Origin: Candidatus Binatia bacterium | Lineage (GTDB): Bacteria; Patescibacteriota; Patescibacteriia; SG8-24 | NCBI GenBank assembly: GCA_035495855.1 | Contig: DATJFD010000076.1 | Coordinates: 7,185-71,184, forward strand | DNA length: 64,000 nucleotides | Direction: 5' to 3' | Shown: one piece after another, positions 40,301-46,709 of the stretch | Layout: the number at the start of each line of letters is the position of its first letter | Numbering within the stretch: the stretch's first letter is position 1 | Translations under genes and position numbers: made by a program | The notes under the pieces: model-generated | What the model was told of the DNA's origin: nothing | Seen by the model: only the letters and a program-made list of their open reading frames with translations | The model's database searches: none

Positions 40301-42090
40301 GCGTTGCAGACGCCGTGGTCGATGGTGTTGAGGACGTAGTTCTTGATCTCGCCGGTGCGGGCCTTGAGCGTGCGGCACGTGTTGTAGGCAGCAGGGCAGG
40401 AATCGCCGTTGAAGCGCCAGACGTTCCGCTCGCGCGCGCAGTAGCCCCAGCCGCCGGTGCAGTTGCCGTTGTCGTCCTGCTTGAGGCAGGTCTGCGGATC
40501 CACGCACTGCTCGGCGCGGCTCGCGATCTCGCTCGACAGCGGGACGGGACCGAAGGCCATCGCGCGGCATTGCGTCGGCGGGATCTTCAGCACCCAGTCG
40601 GGGTCGATGAGATGGCACCACGGGTGGGCGGCGTCGATGGTCCCCTGGTCGTTGCAGTTATTGAAGCCGGCCATCACCTCGCGGAGCTTGGTGTTGGGAC
40701 CGGCCTTGCGCGCGGCGATCTCCCAGCCGATCGGCAGGATGCGGGCCGCGCGGAGCTTCTTGATGTTGCTCTCGCAGTACGCGTAGGTATAGCAGAAAGG
40801 ATCCTGGTCCTTGACCGGATCGGAGGACGCCACGAACGGCCAGTCGCCGTGGAGCATGTTCTTGTCGACGGCCTCCCTGACGGTCACCGGCGTGACGTCG
40901 GCCACGCGGACGGCGTTCGCGAACTGCTGATCGATGACGCAATTGTTCGGGCCGCGCTCCGCGCCGGGACAGACGCTGAACTCGAGCAGGGGGTCGATGA
41001 TGCCGGTATCCTTCGGCTGCGCGGCGGTGAACCGCGGCGCCAAGGCTTCGGTCGCGCCGGTGGTCCCCGGCGGCTGCAGCAGGCCTTCGGGGTTCAGGAT
41101 GAGGTCCGGCTGGAGGGCGATGAGCTCCTCCGTCGACATGAGGCCGTTGATGAGCTTGTTGAGCAGGCGCGAAATGAGGGTCATCGCGAACGTCTGCACG
41201 GCGTTCACGACGATGGAGATGACCGCCTTGGAGGCGATCTGGCCGGCGGCGTAGGAAGCCGAATACTGCTGCGGGTTGTCCTGCTGCATCTTCTTCATGC
41301 GCTGGAACTCGTCGTGCGTCACCGACGACGGCGCCTTGGCGCGGCCCGAAACGGGATCACGGACGTCGGAGAACCCGCCGCCCGCGGAAGCGTCCATGAT
41401 GCGTTTCATGACGTCGGCCCTCTTGGCCTCTTCCTTCACTTCATAGAGGCCGCTCTGCGCGCCGAGCGCGACCGACAGCGGGGCTTGTCCCCTCTCGAAG
41501 GTCGGCTTGAGGCCCTTGAGCACCTCGCCGCTCGTGACCGAATCCTTGAAGTTCGACCAGTTGCTCGCGACCGCGTTGAAGTCGCACTTCGGCGGCGGCG
41601 GCTTGATCTCGTCGAGGGCGCCCAGCTGGATCTTGAGGGAGAACTTGATGCCCGGGTTGCAAAGGTCGAAACCGAGCTTGGTGAAACCGCCTTGCGTGGA
41701 AAGGGTGCCGATGGCCTCGCCGATGGCGCCCTGCCATGCCTGCTTGAAGCCGTCTTCGAACGCCTTGCTGTTCCAGCAGACGACCTGGCCGGGGCAGTCG
41801 GACGTGAGGGCGACGGCCGCGGTGTAGGCGAGCTGCGAGGTGAAATAGTTGACGCCGTTGACGACGGCGGTGACGGCCGCCTCGACGAACGCGTCCTTGA
41901 TGGTGGTCCAGACGTTGGTGGTCGTGGTCTGGACGCTGGTGATGGGGTCGGTGTATTGCGCGTTGGCCTGGCGGGGCGACCCGAAGAGGAGGGTCGACGA
42001 GGCCAGGAAGAAGCCGAACAGGAAAAGCAGGAACGTCGCCATCGCCTTCCTCCCCGAGCGTCCGGGGTCCTTGCTGTAGAAAATCCCCAT
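31303..42090 (-). CDS. giant (3595 aa) secreted or surface Cys-rich protein with CBM-like and PKD-like domains
   Basis: Single uninterrupted ORF. Signal or anchor segment MATFLLFLFGFFLASSTLLFGSPRQANA. Very high Cys content with recurring Cys motifs. Two NPSFED/DDFEDW-type jelly-roll (CBM4/9-like) regions (nt about 39079-39861 and 37276-38082). A DFGDGT PKD-like box near the C-terminus (nt about 31711-31983). Confidence 0.85.
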   Translation of the reverse strand: MGIFYSKDPGRSGRKAMATFLLFLFGFFLASSTLLFGSPRQANAQYTDPITSVQTTTTNVWTTIKDAFVEAAVTAVVNGVNYFTSQLAYTAAVALTSDCPGQVVCWNSKAFEDGFKQAWQGAIGEAIGTLSTQGGFTKLGFDLCNPGIKFSLKIQLGALDEIKPPPPKCDFNAVASNWSNFKDSVTSGEVLKGLKPTFERGQAPLSVALGAQSGLYEVKEEAKRADVMKRIMDASAGGGFSDVRDPVSGRAKAPSSVTHDEFQRMKKMQQDNPQQYSASYAAGQIASKAVISIVVNAVQTFAMTLISRLLNKLINGLMSTEELIALQPDLILNPEGLLQPPGTTGATEALAPRFTAAQPKDTGIIDPLLEFSVCPGAERGPNNCVIDQQFANAVRVADVTPVTVREAVDKNMLHGDWPFVASSDPVKDQDPFCYTYAYCESNIKKLRAARILPIGWEIAARKAGPNTKLREVMAGFNNCNDQGTIDAAHPWCHLIDPDWVLKIPPTQCRAMAFGPVPLSSEIASRAEQCVDPQTCLKQDDNGNCTGGWGYCARERNVWRFNGDSCPAAYNTCRTLKARTGEIKNYVLNTIDHGVCNADNAGCRQYALNLSTVTCSLSSVCTHPVDASDPIKSCTCTVPPNSGTAFNTGSCTITKNNTSCTAPNGAVCRQPYPCNTASCSCTAGLTCEVEKGQRSCSSLTGAKAEGDDWQIDPSRFFNKNAQTCSATSNGCSSLVRLDAGDALNLVRNPSFEDVEDGDNDGTPDHATSWTPFGEVPSANKGFLSKDGSKAVDGANAMRLPVLATGFNPPGTLGTVAACTLPLVTNATINAGTCIADLGCPCTYGTAGNVLNDTCKVIKGQQKCSVTENVAQQGLPVRRKTTYTVSATFIPDSGNDVSGGIGLTFRDANGATVTLAQDDVVTTTGYSGEAEGTTPTVNCAATVDGTSGGAASGEINMRASGTKAATEKGLRASCTFVIDNKDVSHATLWLYTTSGTVYADAVQFEEGGGSSYHSAYGGANTSETASIKVPPDFLGCTGDEGDRPECNAFAGVCRENEVGCDAYTPTNGDATVPGIAGPQDRCPQECAGYDVFKQEESDFDTVKFPVYFIPTTATSCTENEVGCSEFTNLETEKVEYYSHLRLCIKPDDATKGVYYSWEGSDTTGYQLLVWNLKNTTDTTNTTAAPVVNGSPADITAGLANDICADAGCANAGPAPCTRLNAQATACASQAIGNGSSDTAGYCNRSAIDGGDFDCREFYDALGNRHYRQLSKTIIASSSCVQYRITTSTQADCEKSNGRWDSAKGQCVYFADAGASNVCPKEQNGCRAYKGNASTNVQSLLHDDFEDWPGNWKGSGDVTLGVLTQSGESVTVGGHSMKIGTGGTRLARREIGGLVQPRSAYILTFWARGTGSLNVGFRDGGATITCNIDTACPVASTEGCPCSTSTGLTCMVPNNGVATSCTISAASGVPGVSPGTCKGGANNGLACTTGSNCPDGTCSFTTATSAPPRSSNFADDDEASVPPRTTAPKITLSSEWKQYTLGPVIIESGRCSNDATRACATNLECGGGAACNPTPGQTPWGQTSVKLNFEAVGTSDVFVDNVDLKAVQDSVYVVRDSWTTPASCDQTADGIASPQEMLGCREYTTSKNEKAYLRSFTNLCRDKAVGCRAFSAQQNTPQNPFEESFNAVCRLYETDGVTPRKCGSVACNYTGPGDHCTVGGGCSCTKPEGSCLIPNNGTTCDIPVAADAGTACVCNYDVRHPAAMSTAPQMLADVCRVAVGETDCRFKYDAWDDSTRPDENPDRANIEADRRVYLVDNSAGQCTADQVGCRAMGLPHYGFEGQCDLGPGFTVSGTVVNGVCNSATGCVCGPVNGGTCPVANGEKGCKVSFELGVIDKWNAIAIKDDPSKYEQTLCTSKTLNCEEYTASDGTYYFRDPVDKVCEYKDNAIVNGQTVSGFFRRSSTGALFPCYPELLQSGDYYALYKNADRVCTLPNITTTCSGSFCSNPAGCGCTSNGSTCVIPNGSSSCKIIDAGRCKADGCQCFVAPDPVPACKVYKDNTTCGYQGWVGVCEAKYDRCEEFVDPVSTSNAHPAGEPYYYIVNTKLDLKTCSGKASLKQGCVLFKQTSKTQNLYSAASSYLRSVTEASSGFVPPVNCDSDPRSPYCEQRCFSIPEGVCSATPEKFCKQDTEDPELGCPGATNYCTGRKRYGNGCSTSDTANPNKDCNKAIGEQCAGVSHCSITTSKFCDVNGDCPGGETCTPNPATQNIHILKSEAGITKNDANVIIKVRPDRECAQWYTCTSYDTVYDEQQNKIKPVCSAFSLCDEIRGQTASAFECAHTFDPPKTVLTDRDYTARDVTFSGLEYSGYSIPGRYPAQYLSPFSIVKGRCVNTGGTATARGECVDSLKCTTGGGAPTDYCKMYTGVCLGDRLGTSCDANSDCGVGYCAKSFFATTRYAILLDPGYVCKDDTDCTGDESPSTPPGGGGTCTVGNDDNCRTATNRIAKCIATNQCSKTGQAANGTCLEHKCFYPYGGGILNPADAINQAQCRAYPEEDSPYAESVLERTGNCRGFDCTNGQALNKKAQFSGSNVCSLNNDCECNYQRYDYGKTGVSHFYGLESGQMIKPWTTNTDIDPNVGVCQGGSLDGKPCRAIGHPENKPNKDCTNPDDATDAGTCQKLTKLTHVNGWSGFCMDPDKSILVNGRPDQFNCNVWLPVDQLAGSPDNFNQFVEAGFTTDQQSLLYCAAAEGAKHSGTYEFPLHLESGGKSQPYSICVTDNQCAGRSLATCTGLKNNSSAGFSDMSTSNTDACAVVGGKCVDKVATDDGVAFTNADNPPAQPNATMTGDGSWNTDFNNKTQVPANYGACDRAAFKAADDNCTAAIILGGIFGGFAGAAAGAGLCYSGIAGWCDGLATCHSRALPGGNDCTLAGSYFDTSWQDATVMEDCTMRGQGIKENDLVAVRIQFPDESNGGVNGRLYLYPGHWKSTFEFDDNSSLGTAAGPGRNQRVGDMAIGDYGDSTSPCAHILSGGVDNEDECESIEDRGGDDGMHNCIGVEAVFDSNHNLDKIRTVLCHNESTFSHHISASSYAMLREACTDVVQTHNASNPVQNIAWTDRLWKAQNGNAGAVGLPAAFEYNHHTTRPNANPADLKPFGPVTPSLGAVNYNGQTTLDVRWPLPVFKSEGGSPFTVLRREGLQLWTFCGYPTATGVNSPYDPPMGEGSDCWSHVAADPHLPDVAHPQDPDSGTYNANAQRTAAGYPYACLGQCDMAGMSGKTRDDGYTLLSRMFVKSFVHFNYDPTSPTGLSLTAPVYHLDGAGYDKRLLYMNVGNAPKILTVATGNCSQAADGLCQEGAEGITVDLPNCGGCTDYQGRVTASIKYYAFADREHMPIRRRIVDFGDGTSILETPGFYKNHRGCPATGTDNAPAGCGPEDQQCNTIPGGETAVPFGLTPQSCESRYFSDRHTYTCNPQKLATLPACTDPGHPYPCRDGDDCVFKPRVQVLDNWGMCNGSCPGGASGESGDFCFNSLGITSASDPINLTPAASTPSLTCAGSTCTVNGFTGNRNECWNLKDTHYDIRQGPSKLQPWTEGAAVKVRS

Positions 42091-42116
42091 CGTCGTTTTC
42101 TTAAAAAGATTGACGG

Positions 42117-42926
42117 CTACGGCGCGTTGACGTTCGTTCCTCCGGCCGGCGCATTCGTGTTGGTCGCGGGTTCGTTGGTGTTCACATCCGGCACGGCGAT
42201 CTCCGACAGCGTGTCGGTGACCAGCTTGCGGAGGGTCGCGTCATCGGCTTTCTGGAGCGCCTGCGCCGGTATGCCCAGCTTGCCCAGGAAGATCCGGAGA
42301 TCGGCCGCCGACATCGTTTCCAATCCGTCCTTGATCTTCTGCGGCGTCAGCGTGGCGACGGGCCCGAAGGTCTCTTCGATGACCGCCATGACCTTGGCCT
42401 CGGCGTCGCTGCTCGTCCCCGTCGTCGGCGCGCCTGCCGCGCCCGTGGCCGGGTTCGAGCTTCCGGTGTTCCCTCCTCCGGTCGTGCCGCCGGTCTCCTG
42501 CTGGGCTGCCGCGAAGATCTTGGCTTGCCGGCAGGTTCGTCCTTTCGGGCAGTTCGGGTCCGTCTCGGCGGCGACCTCGGCGCCGTCGTTGATGCCGTCC
42601 GAGTCCGAATCCTCGAGGAAGGGGCTCGTGCGGAAGACGTAGAGCTCGTCGTAATCAGTCAGGCCGTCGCCGTCCGTGTCCTGCGTGCGCAATTTCTGCG
42701 TCCTCTCCTTCTCGATCTGGTCCGCGGTCTTGAACGTGAACTGCGTGTTGCGCTTGAACGGCAGCACGATCGCTTTGTTCAAGCGAAACAGACCCAGGAC
42801 GATCGTCGAAAGACCAATAACGATAAAAACCCCGAGACTCAACTTCTGATGTGAAGAAAGGGAATCCCAGTTGGTCACATGGTTCGTCGACAGTATAACA
42901 TGCGCGTTCTTCGAGCGTCCACGCAC
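42117..42926 (-). CDS. membrane-anchored protein with thrombospondin-type-3-like Ca-binding repeats
   Basis: GTG start at 42926; the start is uncertain. TM helix LSLGVFIVIGLSTIVLGLF. DTDGDGLTDYDE and DSDSDGINDGAE (D.D.DG..D..E) motifs at nt about 42576-42680. Gly/Thr-rich linker and a helical C-terminus. Confidence 0.55.
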   Translation of the reverse strand: MRGRSKNAHVILSTNHVTNWDSLSSHQKLSLGVFIVIGLSTIVLGLFRLNKAIVLPFKRNTQFTFKTADQIEKERTQKLRTQDTDGDGLTDYDELYVFRTSPFLEDSDSDGINDGAEVAAETDPNCPKGRTCRQAKIFAAAQQETGGTTGGGNTGSSNPATGAAGAPTTGTSSDAEAKVMAVIEETFGPVATLTPQKIKDGLETMSAADLRIFLGKLGIPAQALQKADDATLRKLVTDTLSEIAVPDVNTNEPATNTNAPAGGTNVNAP

Positions 42927-42947
42927 CGTAGCTTACCAAAAATCGGG

Positions 42948-43811
42948 CTAACCGGTAAGCGCAAGCACGAGGCGGCGCCAGTCCTCTACGGAGAGCGTTT
43001 CGGGGCGGGCCTCCGGCCGGATGCCGGCCGCCGAAAAGGCCTTAAATAGGCCCGTTTCGTCGATACCGATGCCCTGGAGCGAGTTCTTGAGCTGTTTCCG
43101 CTTGCCGGCGAAGGCCGCCCGCACGATGGCGAAGAAGCGGTCCTGCCCGAAGCCGGTGAAGAACGCTTCGAGGATGACGGGGTCTTTGCGCGCAATGTGG
43201 ATAACCGACGAATCGACGCGCGGCGGAGGGTAGAACGACCTGGCCGGCACCTTCACCACGCTGCTCGCCTCCCCGATCGAACGGACGAGCACGGCCATGC
43301 CGCTCATGTCGCCCGTCTTGGCGAGCAGGCGGTCGGCCACTTCCCGCTGGATCATCACGGTGACCGATATCGGGTACGGCGGTTCGAGCAGGAATTTCCT
43401 GATGGCGTTCGAAGTGATGGCGTACGGGAGGTTCGCGACCACCTTATAACTAGGAGCTCGGAGCTCGGAGCTCGGAGCTCCGAACGCCGAGACGATCTCG
43501 GCGTTCGAGAAGTTCAGGGCATCGCCTTCAAGGAGATGGAAGCGCGGGTTCGCGCCGAAGCGGTCACGGAGCAGCGCCGCGAGCTTGCGGTCGAGCTCGA
43601 TGGCCGTGACCTCGGCGCCGCGGCCGAGCAGTTCTTCGGTGAGGATGCCGGGGCCGGGGCCGATCTCGACCACGCGTGAGCCGGGACCGACGCCTGCGGC
43701 GTCGACCATGGCCTTCACGACGCGGCCGTCGAGCAGGAAATGCTGGCCGCGGTCGCGGATGGGGCGGATGCCGTAGGGTTCGAGCAGGGCGCGAAGCTCG
43801 TCGGCGGTCAT
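42948..43811 (-). CDS. rsmA: 16S rRNA (adenine1518/1519-N6)-dimethyltransferase RsmA/KsgA
   Basis: Start re-picked at MTADELRALLEPYGIRPIRDRGQHFL (ATG 43811, in an ATGA overlap with the upstream stop). SAM motif VVEIGPGPGILT and the NLPY motif (VVANLPYAITS). Confidence 0.85.
   Translation of the reverse strand: MTADELRALLEPYGIRPIRDRGQHFLLDGRVVKAMVDAAGVGPGSRVVEIGPGPGILTEELLGRGAEVTAIELDRKLAALLRDRFGANPRFHLLEGDALNFSNAEIVSAFGAPSSELRAPSYKVVANLPYAITSNAIRKFLLEPPYPISVTVMIQREVADRLLAKTGDMSGMAVLVRSIGEASSVVKVPARSFYPPPRVDSSVIHIARKDPVILEAFFTGFGQDRFFAIVRAAFAGKRKQLKNSLQGIGIDETGLFKAFSAAGIRPEARPETLSVEDWRRLVLALTG
43453..43480. repeat. (GGAGCTC)x4 tandem heptamer inside the rsmA coding sequence
   Basis: GGAGCTC GGAGCTC GGAGCTC GGAGCTC on the + strand. 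It encodes ...GAPSSELRAPSY... on the - strand, just before the NLPY motif. Confidence 0.8.
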
Positions 43812-44995
43812 GCGGCTTGGGGTCGAGGTTCCTTGAGCGCGGAAAAGAGCAGCGTGAAGCAGGCGCCGAGGACGAACACCGCCCACCACGAATCGTGCCA
43901 GAGCCAGAGGAGCAGGGCGGCGAGCAGCGCGGCGGCGATCTTGCCGAGCGACAGCGACATCTCGAAGAGCACGACGTCGTCCATCACCTCTCCCCTCTTG
44001 GCGCCGTCGTAGAGCCCGGCGAGGAGCGGCACGTTCACCATGTTCTTGGAGATGCGGTAGAAGGAGTCGATGAGGAAGGCGCCGAACCCGCCGCTCACGA
44101 GGATGCGGACGAGCCAGGACGCGGAGGTGTAGAGCGTGCCGCTGCGGAGCACCGCGGTCTTGTCGCCGTCGTCGCTCACGCGGCCCACGTAGAGCGTGGC
44201 GGCGACGTTAGCGAGCATGGCGAAGGAGATGATGGCGCCGAGGAGCGCGGCGTCCGGCACCATGATGGCGAGGAACAGCGGCCAGGCGACGAGCGCGAGC
44301 AGTTCCTCGCCGAAGCCCATGAAGCCGATGACCTTGCGACGGTTCTCCTTCCGGGCGATGCGGCGCATGGCAGGGACGTAGGCGAAGGGCTGCGGCATGT
44401 AGAGCTCAGGCGTGCGCAGGAGCGGGACGTTGGAGAGCAGGATGAGGACGCTCACGCCGATGAACAGGGCCTGATAACCGGCCGCGCGGATAAGCAGGCC
44501 GCCGAAGGCCGGCGCGAAGGTGGCGGCGAGTCCGGCGACCGCGGCCATGGTGGAGACTTCGCGGCCGCCTTCCTTGCCGTCGCTCCAGGTCGCGAAGTTC
44601 GCGTGGTAGCCGGGCCAGTAGAGGATCTTTTGGATGGCGAGCGACAGGATGGCCACGGCGATGAAGGCGGGATGCATCGGAATGGCGAAGAACGCCAGGT
44701 ACCAGACGATGAGGAACGGCGAGCTGAAGAGGATGGTGTGCTCGTAGCCGTGGCGGCGGCAGATCTTGCCGCCGAGAGGGAGGAGCAGGAAGTAGACGAC
44801 GTAGAGCGCGGCGTAGAACAGGAGCACCTGCACGATGGAGAGGCCGACGCTGTGGAGGTAGATCGGCTCGAAGAGCATCACCGCGCCGGTCGCGAAGTTG
44901 AGGAGCGCGCTCGACAGGAAAAGCTCCTTCATCTGCTGGGAAGGATGCGGCGCGAAGTAATGTTCGATGACGTTGCGGAGATGACCGGAGGGCAT
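43808..44995 (-). CDS. MFS-type transporter-like polytopic membrane protein
   Basis: Start re-picked at MPSGHLRNVIEHYF (ATG 44995). About 12 hydrophobic helices in a 6+6 arrangement, with a basic central loop (MRRIARKENRRK). Confidence 0.6.
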   Translation of the reverse strand: MPSGHLRNVIEHYFAPHPSQQMKELFLSSALLNFATGAVMLFEPIYLHSVGLSIVQVLLFYAALYVVYFLLLPLGGKICRRHGYEHTILFSSPFLIVWYLAFFAIPMHPAFIAVAILSLAIQKILYWPGYHANFATWSDGKEGGREVSTMAAVAGLAATFAPAFGGLLIRAAGYQALFIGVSVLILLSNVPLLRTPELYMPQPFAYVPAMRRIARKENRRKVIGFMGFGEELLALVAWPLFLAIMVPDAALLGAIISFAMLANVAATLYVGRVSDDGDKTAVLRSGTLYTSASWLVRILVSGGFGAFLIDSFYRISKNMVNVPLLAGLYDGAKRGEVMDDVVLFEMSLSLGKIAAALLAALLLWLWHDSWWAVFVLGACFTLLFSALKEPRPQAA

Positions 44996-45007
44996 GGGAA
45001 GAGCGTC

Positions 45008-45086
45008 GAGTCGAAAGTCCAAAGTCCAAAGTCGAAAGTTCCGCACGCTTGCGCTCTCGACTTTCGACTATCGACTCTCGACTTTC
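45008..45086. repeat. heptamer-periodic inverted repeat (AGTCGAA/AGTCCAA word family)
   Basis: Left arm GAGTCGAA AGTCCAA AGTCCAA AGTCGAA AGT. Right arm CTCTCGACTTTCGACTATCGACTCTCGACTTTC. The right arm overlaps the last codons and stop of tsaC (45068). Confidence 0.7.
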
Positions 45087-45685
45087 ACGGCACCTGGCCG
45101 CAGCACCACCATCTTACCTCTTTTCAGGGCCGCGATGGTGGAGGGGCGGCGGACGGGCAGCTTGCCGGCGTCGAGCACGAGCGCGGGCGCGGTACGGCGG
45201 CCGCGGAACGACGCGACGACCTTGGCGGCGTCGTAGAGCGTGGCCTCGCCCGAAACGTTGGCGGAGGTCGAGGTGATGAGACCGCCGGCGGCCTTGGCAA
45301 GCGCGCGGGCCCAGACGGAAGCCGGCACGCGCACCGCGGCGGTCGGTCCGGGCGACGCGGGCAGGCGGCCTCCCCTCTTATATGGCAGCACGAGCGTGAG
45401 CGGCCCCGGCCAGTGCGCGGTGGCGAGCTTCCGGGCCGGGCCCGCGAGCACGAACCGCTCGCGGACGTCCGCGGCAGATGCGGCGATGAGCGGCAGCGGC
45501 TTGCCGCCGGGCCGTCCTTTGATGCGGAAGACCGAGGCGACCGCCGCGCGAACGGCGGGGTCCGCGGCGAGGCCGTAGGCAGTCTCGGTCGGCATGACGA
45601 TCACGCCGCCGGCGCGAAGGACCGCGGCGGCTTCGGCGAGCGCCTTCTTCGAGACCCGGCGCCGGTCGATCTTGATGATGCGCAT
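45068..45685 (-). CDS. tsaC: L-threonylcarbamoyladenylate synthase (TsaC/YrdC family)
   Basis: Start re-picked at MRIIKIDRRR (ATG 45685). Motifs GGVIVMPTETAYGLAADP, IFRIKGRP..KPL and LTSTSANVSGE. Confidence 0.85.
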   Translation of the reverse strand: MRIIKIDRRRVSKKALAEAAAVLRAGGVIVMPTETAYGLAADPAVRAAVASVFRIKGRPGGKPLPLIAASAADVRERFVLAGPARKLATAHWPGPLTLVLPYKRGGRLPASPGPTAAVRVPASVWARALAKAAGGLITSTSANVSGEATLYDAAKVVASFRGRRTAPALVLDAGKLPVRRPSTIAALKRGKMVVLRPGAVKVESR

Positions 45686-45690
45686 GCTTT

Positions 45691-45762
45691 TCGAGTCGAA
45701 AGTCCAGAGTCGAGAGCGCACAGATCCACCCTCTCGACTTTCAACTCTCGACTCTCGACTTC
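45691..45762. repeat. heptamer-periodic inverted repeat (AGTCGAA/AGTCGAG word family)
   Basis: Left arm TCGAGTCGAAAGTCCAGAGTCGAGAG. Right arm CTCTCGACTTTCAACTCTCGACTCTCGACTTC. Lies between the epimerase stop and the tsaC start. Confidence 0.7.
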
Positions 45763-45768
45763 AAGTCT

Positions 45769-46698
<930 letters not shown>

Positions 46699-46709
46699 GC
46701 GGGTGCGGG

